Below are positions 1 to 8,897 of a stretch of DNA of 24,070 bases, piece after piece. The DNA lies in the NCBI GenBank assembly GCA_050298055.1, contig JBNKTL010000061.1, positions 1 to 24,070 on the forward strand, in the 5' to 3' direction. The number at the start of each line of letters is the position of its first letter. Position 1 is the stretch's first letter. The position numbers were made by a program, and so were the translations under genes. The stretch comes from Spirochaetota bacterium. GTDB lineage: Bacteria > Spirochaetota > UBA4802 > UBA5550. The notes beneath the pieces are model-generated. The model had not been told where the DNA came from. It worked only from the letters and a program-made list of their open reading frames with translations, and searched no databases.

Positions 1-30
1 TTTATTAGTAATGATATACCAAATCATCAT
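1..30 (-). CDS. Probable 5' end of a gene running off the left edge (MMIWYIITNK...)
   Basis: Minus strand reads AAGGGG-AATT-ATG-ATG-ATT-TGG..., an SD-like motif followed by a frame open to position 1; only 10 codons are visible. Confidence 0.4.
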   Translation of the reverse strand, partial: MMIWYIITNK

Positions 31-62
31 AATTCCCCTTAACTGTCAATTAATCGACAGAC

Positions 63-125
63 AACCCCGGAGGGGGCACAAGAAAGTTCGGGAAAAAATC
101 TTATGCACCCTCAGGGGGTTAGGGG
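63..125. repeat. REP/REPIN-like intergenic palindromic element, copy A
   Basis: 71-118 aligns with 22663-22711 at 43/49 columns. Ends in GGGGGTTAGGGG, the reverse complement of the CCCCTAACCCCC arm seen in the other copies. Confidence 0.8.
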
Positions 126-149
126 CAGTCAAATATAAACTTTTTCTAG

Positions 150-178
150 TTGCCATTATCGTGTGAGAATGGTATTCT
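150..178 (+). promoter_or_regulatory. Sigma70-type promoter (TTGCCA-17-TATTCT, extended -10 TG)
   Basis: TTGCCA 150-155, 17-nt spacer ending TGG, TATTCT 173-178; the ATG at 185 follows after 6 nt. Confidence 0.55.
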
Positions 179-184
179 TACCCC

Positions 185-538
185 ATGTGTAACAAAGTTG
201 ACAAAGAAAGCCCGGTTTTTGGAAAAACAATAACAATTGAATTCTATACGGACTACGACAGGGTGCTTCGTGTAATATATAACCTGAAAAACTATTCATT
301 TATCCGGTTCTGGAACGAGGTTGCGAATGCGGAGGAAATATGCAGGATAATCTATAAACAGTTTGAACAGGAATATCCCTTGCATTGTAAAAAGCTGGTA
401 AAAGGATCAAAGGACTGGAAGGAGACATTCATTCGATTTATTAACAACTTTTTAAGAGAATATGACAAAATAATGGACGTAGTCATAAAAAGTAACGGAG
501 ATATACAGATAAACCTGGAAAATGAGATCGCTTTATAA
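185..538 (+). CDS. Hypothetical protein (117 aa)
   Basis: Clean ORF with protein-like composition and a promoter directly upstream; no recognisable motif. Confidence 0.7.
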   Translation: MCNKVDKESPVFGKTITIEFYTDYDRVLRVIYNLKNYSFIRFWNEVANAEEICRIIYKQFEQEYPLHCKKLVKGSKDWKETFIRFINNFLREYDKIMDVVIKSNGDIQINLENEIAL

Positions 539-571
539 GACAAGATGTCTGTCTTCATTATAAAAAAATCC

Positions 572-1975
572 ATGAAAAAAATTTTCATTTTTCTCTCAAC
601 ACTCATCCTGTTCTGTAATACAGCCTTATCATCCTCCGAAGAAAAAGGTCCGCTCTTTATCCAGGTACACTACACCAGCCCCGTTGTTAATATTACACGG
701 AATGAGATGAGGGGATTGTTATCAGGAAGAACTTCCGGGATAACCGGGAAAAGAGGGAACCGGGAAAACGTCAAAATATATGCGGACAAAAGAATCTCTT
801 CTCTCCTGAAAAACAGGTTCCCTGCACTGGAAACTGTAATTGCCGACTTTCAGTATGAATGCAAATCCGGAAACAGAAAAACCGTGGGCAACAGGAATTT
901 TATCGGGATAAGCGACTCCAGGGGACTGGTGCCCTGCTTAAAAACACTCTCTCTTGAAAACAGCTTTCCCTGGGGTAAACGGGAAAGCAATTACAGTCTG
1001 GTAAAAACGGATAATTATCCCTTTATGGCAGAAGAGGCGGAACCGTGGAAAAGTGACGAGCACATTGTACTGGTGCAGACCGGTGTCACGGCAATGACCA
1101 GGGCATTCATAAGATCCGTAGAGAAAGCGGGCTCCATTGACTACACTGTTTCGGAAACAAGGAATATAACAGGCAGCGCGGATATTGCCGTCACCTCAAA
1201 CGAAGTATCCTTCCTGGAGCCATGCAGGTATCCATTACGAAACAGGATGCTCTTCTGTTCACCCCTTAAATTTTTTAATATTTTAAAAATATCCGGTTTT
1301 GATGTCATTGAACTAACGGGAAATCATAACAATGACTTTGGGAGAAAATACAATAATGCTACAATTGATATGATAGAAGATAACGGGATGGTCTATTTTG
1401 GCGGCGGCAGAAATAAAAATGATGCCGAAAAGGTAAAATTTTTTAAAAGGAAAGGGGTAAGGTTCGCATTTATCGGTTTTAACCAGTGGGGACCGGCGAA
1501 TGCCTGGGCAACGGAGAGAGGGCCGGGTGCAGCCAGGTTAAGGAGGAAAACATTCATGAGGAACCTCAAGGAAGCCGGAAAACAATCGGATATTATACTG
1601 GTTTCAGTTCAATGGGGAAACGAAAACAACCCCGTACCGCACAGAGAACAGGTAGAATACTTTCACCTGGCATCGAAGATGGGAGCGGATATCATTATCT
1701 CCTCTTCCGCACACAGGGCAATGGGAATTGAGTTCTTCCGCGGGAAATTCATTTCATATGGTCTGGGTAATTTTCTCTTTGATCAGATGCAGACGGTAAA
1801 TCACAGGCGGGGGATAATCGCGCGGCATCACTTTTATAAAAAAAAGCATATTGAAACAGAACTCATACCCTACATGATCTATAACTATTCACAGCCTCGT
1901 CTTCTCAACAATGAAAAATCAGAATCACTCTGGAAATATATTTTCAAATTCAGCAGGGGGCCGGTTTTCAGGTAG
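572..1975 (+). CDS. CapA/PgsA-family (poly-gamma-glutamate synthesis-like, metallophosphoesterase fold) exported protein
   Basis: Signal peptide MKKIFIFLSTLILFCNTALS (alternative start 545). CapA-like motifs SNEV, ELTGNHNNDFG, SVQWGNE, GADIIISSSAH, ISYGLGNFLFDQ. Confidence 0.8.
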   Translation: MKKIFIFLSTLILFCNTALSSSEEKGPLFIQVHYTSPVVNITRNEMRGLLSGRTSGITGKRGNRENVKIYADKRISSLLKNRFPALETVIADFQYECKSGNRKTVGNRNFIGISDSRGLVPCLKTLSLENSFPWGKRESNYSLVKTDNYPFMAEEAEPWKSDEHIVLVQTGVTAMTRAFIRSVEKAGSIDYTVSETRNITGSADIAVTSNEVSFLEPCRYPLRNRMLFCSPLKFFNILKISGFDVIELTGNHNNDFGRKYNNATIDMIEDNGMVYFGGGRNKNDAEKVKFFKRKGVRFAFIGFNQWGPANAWATERGPGAARLRRKTFMRNLKEAGKQSDIILVSVQWGNENNPVPHREQVEYFHLASKMGADIIISSSAHRAMGIEFFRGKFISYGLGNFLFDQMQTVNHRRGIIARHHFYKKKHIETELIPYMIYNYSQPRLLNNEKSESLWKYIFKFSRGPVFR

Positions 1976-3106
1976 TTAATTTCGTATTCTCACGGAACTT
2001 ATTGGGCCGGCAACACCGAATTTATTAATAATTCGTACTTTAAGAATATTCATTCCGGATTTGAGCATCCATTTAAATCTACTATCCGTCTCAATCCATT
2101 TACCGTTATTTATACTGACGATAAATTTGCTAAAATAGGGGGTATAGCTGTTTTTCCCCGATGATTTGACCCTTACCCTTACGACCCTGTTCCATTTAAC
2201 ACCAACGGTATCGCTTCTCACAAGCACCCAGCCCTCAATATTAATGATAGCATAGTTCAATTTATGGAACATATCTTCAATACTGTTAACCGGCTTTCTG
2301 TTCCTGAATGCCCATTTTCTGTCATTTGAATTGTACCTGTCTTTTATAATATAGACATGGTCCCAGATATTCCTCCCGTCGCCGTCACGGTAGGTAAAGA
2401 AGTTGTTTCTTCCCACCAGGGCCACCTGCTCCATATAGCCCAGCCAATTTCTGTCAAGAGGAAACCTGCTCCACACACTGCTGTCCCTTCTTTTGACCGG
2501 GAAGTTTATAGAGGTATATTCCACCCTCTCTTTCCCTGCCCCGAAGACATAGACCAGGTCTTTTCCCCTGTTCTTAAACCATTCCTTTCTTGCTTCGGCA
2601 ATGGAGAGCGGTATTCCGTTTTTTTCAAGATGCAGGTTCCAGGTTGCATCCATAAAAATCCATTTCCCGTACTGGTTGGACCACAAATCATTAGTAGCAT
2701 GCTCCTGTCCCGTTCTTTTCCTGAGAAAAAAATATCTCGATGTCCATCCCAGGCTGATGGCGCTCTGCATGAACACAGCCGCGAAATTAGTGCATAAAAA
2801 TGGCTGTCCGTTTTCTGAGCCGTGCAGAACTTTAAGAGCATTTCGGAGAGTCTGATTGTTCGTCCTATAATCGTAACTGATGTTTTTGTAAACCCAGTTT
2901 TTAAGAAGGGCCATTTTCTGAAATTCATTTTTTCCCGCGGATATGTATTTTTTGTAATTGTAAGAATCCAGGAGTTCTCTTAACTGGGGAATATCACTCT
3001 TTTCATAGTAAAAAACTATGGGCTTTAACTGTTCTTCGGCGCCTGCATCGGCAAGCATTGAGATAAGAAAAAAGAAGAACGGGATGAATTTTAACGGTCT
3101 TTTCAT
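1976..3106 (-). CDS. Exported transglutaminase-like (Cys-His-Asp) domain protein
   Basis: Signal peptide MKRPLKFIPFFFFLISMLADAGA; triad pattern FLCTNFA...EHATNDLW...KWIFMDAT. Confidence 0.8.
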   Translation of the reverse strand: MKRPLKFIPFFFFLISMLADAGAEEQLKPIVFYYEKSDIPQLRELLDSYNYKKYISAGKNEFQKMALLKNWVYKNISYDYRTNNQTLRNALKVLHGSENGQPFLCTNFAAVFMQSAISLGWTSRYFFLRKRTGQEHATNDLWSNQYGKWIFMDATWNLHLEKNGIPLSIAEARKEWFKNRGKDLVYVFGAGKERVEYTSINFPVKRRDSSVWSRFPLDRNWLGYMEQVALVGRNNFFTYRDGDGRNIWDHVYIIKDRYNSNDRKWAFRNRKPVNSIEDMFHKLNYAIINIEGWVLVRSDTVGVKWNRVVRVRVKSSGKNSYTPYFSKFIVSINNGKWIETDSRFKWMLKSGMNILKVRIINKFGVAGPISSVRIRN

Positions 3107-3113
3107 ATGAAAA

Positions 3114-4400
3114 TCAATTCTCTTTGTTTTTTATATGTTTTTCAGCGCTTTTAATTCTGTCAAGTACTGGAGGATGAGTGTTGTAATAAAATACAAAGAG
3201 AGGATGGGGGAGGATATTTGACCTGTTTATAACCGCCAGTTTCGTTTCCATTTTTGTGAATGCTTTACAGTTCTCAATAAGTTCTAAGGATTTTATATCA
3301 GCCCTTTTCTCAATTATCCTGGAGAAAGAGTTTTCTATGGGTTTTATAAAATAGAGCATGATGCTCAGGGTAAAGAGCAGAGCCGGGAGTCCTTCCGGAA
3401 AAGTAAACCATTTAATATCACAGTGAAAAAGCTTTACAGCTGTAAAATTCAGAAGCGGTATGAGGAAGAAGAGACCGGCGGCTCCCAGAAGAACCCCAAT
3501 GAGAAGATGTTCTTCATTGTAATGGACAAGTTCATGGGCGAGAATTGTAAGAATTTCATCATGGGTAAATCTCTTTAGCAGGGTATCGTAGAGGTATATC
3601 TCTCTCCTTGGGCCGGTTCCCGTAAAGTAGGCATTGGCGGTCAGCCTGTACCTGCTCTTATAAACAACATGTATATCTGCCTCCTTTATCCCCGCCCGTT
3701 CAACAAGATTCAGGATTTTCGCTTTTAAAACCGGGTCGTCAATTTTCCCTGTCTCGTAAAAAAGCGGTGTTATCACCCTTGGATAGACTACGGAAAGAAA
3801 TAGAGCAATTGCAATAAAAACCAGGGGGACAGAGATCCTGTATCTTTTTGTCCTGTTAATGAGAGTGAGTATCAGGGAGAGTGAAAGAGAGAACAGGAGA
3901 ATTGAGATGGACACCGACGCCCAATGCCTGGCCATCCATGTGAGAAAATCCATGCCGGATATCTGAAAATACCTGTCCCTCATAAATCCTGCCACAATGT
4001 GAAAAGGGAGTTTTATGATGTTCAAAAAAATATTGATAAGAATAGTTGCAGCCATCAGCCGCAGGAAACTGTTTTTGATTTTTCCGTTAATGCGGTCGAC
4101 AACTGTTTTGTAACCCATACTGAAAATCATATGATAGAGAATTATGATAATTAAAATCCGGTAGAGAGTCCAGGGAAGAAGTGAAAACCTGAAAAATTTT
4201 ATGCCGGTTTCGATATCTGTACTGCTGAAATACTTCATTGCAAGGTCATATGACTCATTACTCAAGTCACCCATAAAACCCAGGAGGGTCATCATAAGCA
4301 GTATTGAAATATAGAATAGAATAAGAATAACTCTCCGGTTCATAAACCTGTCAGCGGTGAATTTAATACCTTGGATTACTCTTTTTTTCAAGGCGTTCAC
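3114..4400 (-). CDS. M48 family membrane zinc metallopeptidase (Ste24-like)
   Basis: Multiple TM segments; ANAYFTG, LYDTLL, ILAHELVH (HExxH), EKRAD, THPP. Start uncertain (GTG 4400 or ATG 4343). Confidence 0.9.
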   Translation of the reverse strand: MNALKKRVIQGIKFTADRFMNRRVILILFYISILLMMTLLGFMGDLSNESYDLAMKYFSSTDIETGIKFFRFSLLPWTLYRILIIIILYHMIFSMGYKTVVDRINGKIKNSFLRLMAATILINIFLNIIKLPFHIVAGFMRDRYFQISGMDFLTWMARHWASVSISILLFSLSLSLILTLINRTKRYRISVPLVFIAIALFLSVVYPRVITPLFYETGKIDDPVLKAKILNLVERAGIKEADIHVVYKSRYRLTANAYFTGTGPRREIYLYDTLLKRFTHDEILTILAHELVHYNEEHLLIGVLLGAAGLFFLIPLLNFTAVKLFHCDIKWFTFPEGLPALLFTLSIMLYFIKPIENSFSRIIEKRADIKSLELIENCKAFTKMETKLAVINRSNILPHPLFVFYYNTHPPVLDRIKSAEKHIKNKEN

Positions 4401-5397
4401 TCAGACTGTAGTATGCTGCCCGGGCGGCATCACGGACATTAACGTTTTTATCCTCCATCACGCTCTCCACTGCCTCCAGGGAATGAGGAGACCTGATCTT
4501 TTCCAGTGCCAGAACCGCTTCCAGTCTCACATCGTAATATTTATCTTTAAGCAATTTAAGAAGAATATGAATATGTTCCGGGTCGTGGAAGAGTCCCAGG
4601 CTCCTGGCCGATTCAATTCTGACCTGTTTGAACTCGTCATTGCATCCTTTGATGAGGAGAGGTATCCCTTCCCTCCACCCTCTTTCGCCGATTTGACGGA
4701 CAGCATTCAGCCTGATTGACGAACATTCATTCATGCATTTTAAGAGTTTCATCACAGGTCCTTTTTTCATAACTTCATGGGCTTTCTCTGTTCCAATGGC
4801 CTCCAGGGCCTTCTTCGCTGCGGACCTGACCTCATCGTGCCTGTCGATAATTGAACCGATGATCATATCAATTGCCTTTTCACCTCCTGATTTTCCCAGG
4901 GAAAGCACAGCCTCCTTCCTTACCTGGAAGTGTTGATCATGAAGGTATTCTTCAAGCCTTTCAATAATCACATCTCCGTCATATGACCCCAGCGCCTTAA
5001 TAGCCTCCACTGTTATGATCATCTTCTTGTCTTTCAACGCCATAAGGACAAGGTTCACGGCGCCGTTCCTGTCTTCACCATTATAATCTGTGAGGGAATA
5101 GAGTATTTTAATCTTGTCTTCCCATTTACCGTCGGAAAGAATTTCCCTTGCTTTTCCCAGGGCATAATCACAACCGATCCCAAGGAGTTTAATCGTTGCT
5201 TCCAGACTGACCTTTCTGTCCGGATCATCTGCCAGGTGACGGAGTTGTGTCCGTGCATCATCCCTTTCCAGTTCATGTATGAGCCTGTTGAAGGCCCTGA
5301 GTCTCATGCCCGCGCTGGAATGTCTTGTGTACTCTAAAAGCTCATCAGTGCCGATTTCCTCATCAAAATCCTGATTTGCAGGTGTAAAAAAACCCAT
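4363..5397 (-). CDS. HEAT-repeat protein
   Basis: About ten ~31-aa repeats of the type D...VRxxAxxxLG (e.g. DQHFQVRKEAVLSLG, DKYYDVRLEAVLALE). Confidence 0.85.
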   Translation of the reverse strand: MGFFTPANQDFDEEIGTDELLEYTRHSSAGMRLRAFNRLIHELERDDARTQLRHLADDPDRKVSLEATIKLLGIGCDYALGKAREILSDGKWEDKIKILYSLTDYNGEDRNGAVNLVLMALKDKKMIITVEAIKALGSYDGDVIIERLEEYLHDQHFQVRKEAVLSLGKSGGEKAIDMIIGSIIDRHDEVRSAAKKALEAIGTEKAHEVMKKGPVMKLLKCMNECSSIRLNAVRQIGERGWREGIPLLIKGCNDEFKQVRIESARSLGLFHDPEHIHILLKLLKDKYYDVRLEAVLALEKIRSPHSLEAVESVMEDKNVNVRDAARAAYYSLSERLEKKSNPRY

Positions 5398-5587
5398 TGC
5401 TTACCGCCTGAATAAAATGATGCGAATAAGAGTATATTTTAAAATTGTATATATTAATATATATTTAATAAAGGGTGCTATGTCTATTATTAATTTTGAA
5501 AATATTATTCAAAATAAAACTTATTAAGATATACTTGAACAATTTAATAATATTGTTCTGCAATCGCGTCAATTTATCACAGTTTTA

Positions 5588-6976
5588 TTAAAACTCAAGA
5601 GTCTTTACACATCTTGGATAGGGAATGACGTCCCGTATATTCTGCATACCGGTAACAAACTGAATCAGGCGTTCAAATCCGAGTCCAAATCCCGAATGAG
5701 GAACATTGCCATATTTTCTCAAGTCTATGTACCACCAGTATTCTTCCCCATTGAGTCCGCTCTCTTCAATTCGCTCTATAAGCTTATCTTTGTCTGTTTC
5801 CCTTTCACTTCCTCCGATAATTTCTCCAAGTCTCGGGACAAGAACATCCATCCCCCTGACGGTTTTTCCGTCCGGGTTAAGCTTCATGTAAAATGCCTTT
5901 ATCTCCCTTGGGTAATCTGTTATTATCACAGGTCTTTTATAAACTGTTTCCGTAAGGAACTTTTCGTGTTCACTCTGCAGGTCGAGTCCCCACTCCACTG
6001 GGTATTCGAATTTCTTACCTGATTTAAGCAGTATGTCAACCGCCTCCGTATAACTTATCCTGTTGAAACTTTCTGATATGATATTTTCAATATTCTCAAT
6101 AAGCCCCTTTTGTATCCTGCTGTTGAAAAAATCCATATCATCAGGACATTTCTCCAGCAGATCTCTGAGGATAAATTTCAGAAAGTCTTCGGCAATATCC
6201 ATGTTCAGGTTTATATCACAGAAAGCCATTTCCGGTTCAATCATCCAGAACTCCGCAAGATGCCGGGAGGTATTTGAATTTTCCGCCCTGAAGGTTGGCC
6301 CGAATGTGTAGATGTTTTTTAAAGCGCACGCATAGGTTTCACCTTCAAGCTGCCCGCTCACGGTGAGGTATGCTCTTTTTCCGAAAAAATCCCGGGAATA
6401 ATCTATCTCAGCCGGCATCTTCTCCGCATCATTTGGAATAAGTGTTGTGACCTGGAACATCTCGCCTGCCCCCTCACAGTCACTGCCGCTGATCACGGGC
6501 GTGTTTACATAGATAAATCCGTTTTCCTGGAAATACCTGTGTACTGCATAGCTCATAGCGTTTCGGACACGGGCAACTGCCCCGAAGGTGTTTGTTCTGG
6601 GCCTTAAATGGGCGATTTCTCTCAGAAATTCGAAGGAATGCCTTTTTTTCTGGAGAGGATACTCGTCAACAGGGGCAGTTCCAATTATCTCAATCTCAGT
6701 AATTGACAGCTCGACACTCTGTCCTTTTCCTTCTGAGGCCACAAGATCCCCGGTGACCCGGATGCTTGCGCCATTATTGACATTTTCACCAATCTCCCCG
6801 TACTTTTCAAAACTTTCAGGGATGATCACCTGGAGATTTTTTATTGTTGATCCGTCATTGACCTCAAGGAACCTGATACCCTTTGAATCACGCCTGGTCC
6901 TCACCCAGCCTTCAACGCTTATGGACCTCCCGTCACCCTCACTGGAAAGTATATCTTTAATTCGAATACTCTTCAT
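5588..6976 (-). CDS. asnS: Asparagine--tRNA ligase
   Basis: OB-fold [78 protein letters not shown] precedes ATG 6976. Confidence 0.97.
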   Translation of the reverse strand: MKSIRIKDILSSEGDGRSISVEGWVRTRRDSKGIRFLEVNDGSTIKNLQVIIPESFEKYGEIGENVNNGASIRVTGDLVASEGKGQSVELSITEIEIIGTAPVDEYPLQKKRHSFEFLREIAHLRPRTNTFGAVARVRNAMSYAVHRYFQENGFIYVNTPVISGSDCEGAGEMFQVTTLIPNDAEKMPAEIDYSRDFFGKRAYLTVSGQLEGETYACALKNIYTFGPTFRAENSNTSRHLAEFWMIEPEMAFCDINLNMDIAEDFLKFILRDLLEKCPDDMDFFNSRIQKGLIENIENIISESFNRISYTEAVDILLKSGKKFEYPVEWGLDLQSEHEKFLTETVYKRPVIITDYPREIKAFYMKLNPDGKTVRGMDVLVPRLGEIIGGSERETDKDKLIERIEESGLNGEEYWWYIDLRKYGNVPHSGFGLGFERLIQFVTGMQNIRDVIPYPRCVKTLEF

Positions 6977-7749
6977 CAAAGCCTTCCTCCGCACTTCTTA
7001 CAGAATAGCGCATCACCGTCATGATATTCATGGCCGCATCCTTTACATTCCCTCATCCGCTTTTCATCACTCACGAGAAACTGTTTTATCAGTTCCTTAA
7101 CCTGGTAGGGGATAAAAATGATGCCGCTGAGAACAATAAGAATTGTTATAAAGCGTCCATACCCTGTCTTTGGCGTAAAATCCCCGTATCCAACCGTGGT
7201 AAGGGTAATTATTGAAAAGTAGACTGCATCTGTAAATGTTTTTATATCCGATCCCGGATTTCGGCTCTCTGCATAGAATATCAATCCCGATGAAACGAAA
7301 ATAATAGCAACAATAATAAAGGTTATTCTGATAATGATAATATGTGTCTGTGTGAACTTTCTATAGAAGAAGTGGGTACCCTTGAGGAACCTTATCAGCC
7401 TCAACACCCTGAGAGCCCTGAATATTCTCAGGACCTGGTAGCTGTCTATTGCAAAAAATATCGGGATAATGGCAAGAAGGTCCACTATTGAATAGATTTT
7501 CAGTATTTCCCGCATCCTGTGAGGAGCGGACCATATGCGGAGGAGATACTCAATGATAAAAACTACGATAATAGAGTTTTCAACCCTGTCCAGCCAGTAG
7601 TGGAGGTCGGGAGGTAATGAATATGTTTTAATGACAAAGATTACGGATACGATGAATATGAGGACGACAATAAGAATATCAAGGGCCCTCCCCCCGGGTG
7701 TCTCCATGTCATCAAACCAGAAATGTATTTTACTTTTTAAATCTGCCAT
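6976..7749 (-). CDS. Voltage-gated potassium channel (ion transporter) with C-terminal zinc ribbon
   Basis: Six TM segments, S4 [17 protein letters not shown], selectivity filter TTVGYGD, C-terminal CKGC...FCKKCG. Confidence 0.92.
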   Translation of the reverse strand: MADLKSKIHFWFDDMETPGGRALDILIVVLIFIVSVIFVIKTYSLPPDLHYWLDRVENSIIVVFIIEYLLRIWSAPHRMREILKIYSIVDLLAIIPIFFAIDSYQVLRIFRALRVLRLIRFLKGTHFFYRKFTQTHIIIIRITFIIVAIIFVSSGLIFYAESRNPGSDIKTFTDAVYFSIITLTTVGYGDFTPKTGYGRFITILIVLSGIIFIPYQVKELIKQFLVSDEKRMRECKGCGHEYHDGDALFCKKCGGRL

Positions 7750-7781
7750 AAGGTTTTAACCCGGCCCATCTCATATAACAT

Positions 7782-7892
7782 GTGTAAAAAGGGTGATGGG
7801 GGGGATAAAGAGGGGATATGGGGATAAGATCAGAACTTTACTTATCGTCATCCCCCTTATCTCCTCCATCTCCCTATCTCCTTTTCTTACAC
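7782..7892. repeat. Long imperfect purine/pyrimidine inverted repeat built from ~9-nt GGGAGATRR-like units
   Basis: GTGTAA 7782-7787 pairs with TTACAC 7887-7892; AGGGTGATGGGGGGGATAA pairs with TTATCTCCTCCATCTCCCT; inner GATAAG/CTTATC closes a 12-nt loop. Confidence 0.75.
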
Positions 7893-7904
7893 TCTTTCTT
7901 TACT

Positions 7905-7929
7905 CTTTGTTCACTTTGTGAGCTTTGTA
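7905..7929. repeat. Triplet of CTTTGT heptamer units with 9-bp period
   Basis: CTTTGTT 7905, CTTTGTG 7914, CTTTGTA 7923; same style as the CTTTGCG units at 23985-24000. Confidence 0.5.
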
Positions 7930-7957
7930 TGTAAAATTTTCTTTATTAATTTTTTTC

Positions 7958-8581
7958 TTAACTATAAAAATTTTTCTGTTCTGCTACGGTAGATGAAGGG
8001 TTGCGCCCGTAATTATGACCGGGCCAGATTATTGTTGAATCGGGAAGCGAGAGGATCTTTCCCGTTATTGATTCAATGATCTGTTTATATGATCCCCCGG
8101 GAAGATCGGTTCTGCCCATCCCTTCTGTAAAGAGAGTGTCCCCTGTAAAGAGATTTCCCTCCGTGTAGATGCAAATACATCCCGGGGAATGGCCGGGGGT
8201 ATGAATGACCTTCAATTTCATTTCGCCCACTTCGATAATATCTCCGTCCGCAAGGAGGGAGACCGGTCCCGGGGAGCCCTTCCCTCCCAGGAACCGTGAA
8301 AATAATTTATTGTGAAGACTCTTCAGCTGACCCGAGTCTCCCTCATGGATAAGTATCCCGGCGCCTGTTCTTTCAGCAACCTCCCTGTTTCCCGAAGTAT
8401 GGTCAAAATGGCCATGGGTATTGATGATATACTTCACCTTAACATTCTGTTTGTTCACTGCATTAAAGATCAGTTCAAAATCACCTGCAGGATCAATCAA
8501 AATGCCTTCCCCGTTTTTTTTATCTGCAACCAGGTAGCAGAAAACATCCATACTGGTCACCTGAATCTGTTCAATAATCAT
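7958..8581 (-). CDS. MBL-fold metallo-hydrolase (glyoxalase II/YcbL-like)
   Basis: LIDP, THGHFDH, HTPGHSPG, FTGDTLF, GRTDLPGG, WPGH; GAGGGTGA SD before ATG 8581. Confidence 0.92.
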   Translation of the reverse strand: MIIEQIQVTSMDVFCYLVADKKNGEGILIDPAGDFELIFNAVNKQNVKVKYIINTHGHFDHTSGNREVAERTGAGILIHEGDSGQLKSLHNKLFSRFLGGKGSPGPVSLLADGDIIEVGEMKLKVIHTPGHSPGCICIYTEGNLFTGDTLFTEGMGRTDLPGGSYKQIIESITGKILSLPDSTIIWPGHNYGRNPSSTVAEQKNFYS

Positions 8582-8693
8582 GTAAATCACCCTCAACCTG
8601 ACTAATCATTTGTTTTTACCGGTTTCAAACCTTTTCAAAAATATATGTTTACCGGTAACTACCTGGATACTTATTTAATAAAATAACAGCAAC

Positions 8694-8723
8694 GTGTCCC
8701 TGCGCCCAAAGCGGCGGGGACAC
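8694..8723 (-). terminator. GC-rich hairpin, possible intrinsic terminator between the radical SAM and MBL genes
   Basis: GTGTCCC-TGCGC-CCAAA-GCGGCG-GGGACAC stem-loop in AT-rich context, followed on the minus strand by GTTGCTGTTATTTT. Confidence 0.45.
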
Positions 8724-8897
8724 ATAAGTTACCTTATTCTTCATTAACAAATCTATTTTTTTACATAACTGGGTAGTGATTTTTTGTGTAATAATCACAT
8801 CTTGCCAAAAAAATTCAAACAGTTTTTTCAACAGGTATGGATAGTTATCCAATGCAGGTTCATTTATCAGAACCTGTATAGGGTTATCATTGAATCT

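Noticed and set aside
5445..5560. AT-only palindrome TATATATTAATATATA and 7-bp dyads (TTTTGAA/TTCAAAA, GAACAAT/ATTGTTC)
   Set aside because: Expected by chance in extremely AT-rich intergenic DNA; no specific regulator motif can be supported.
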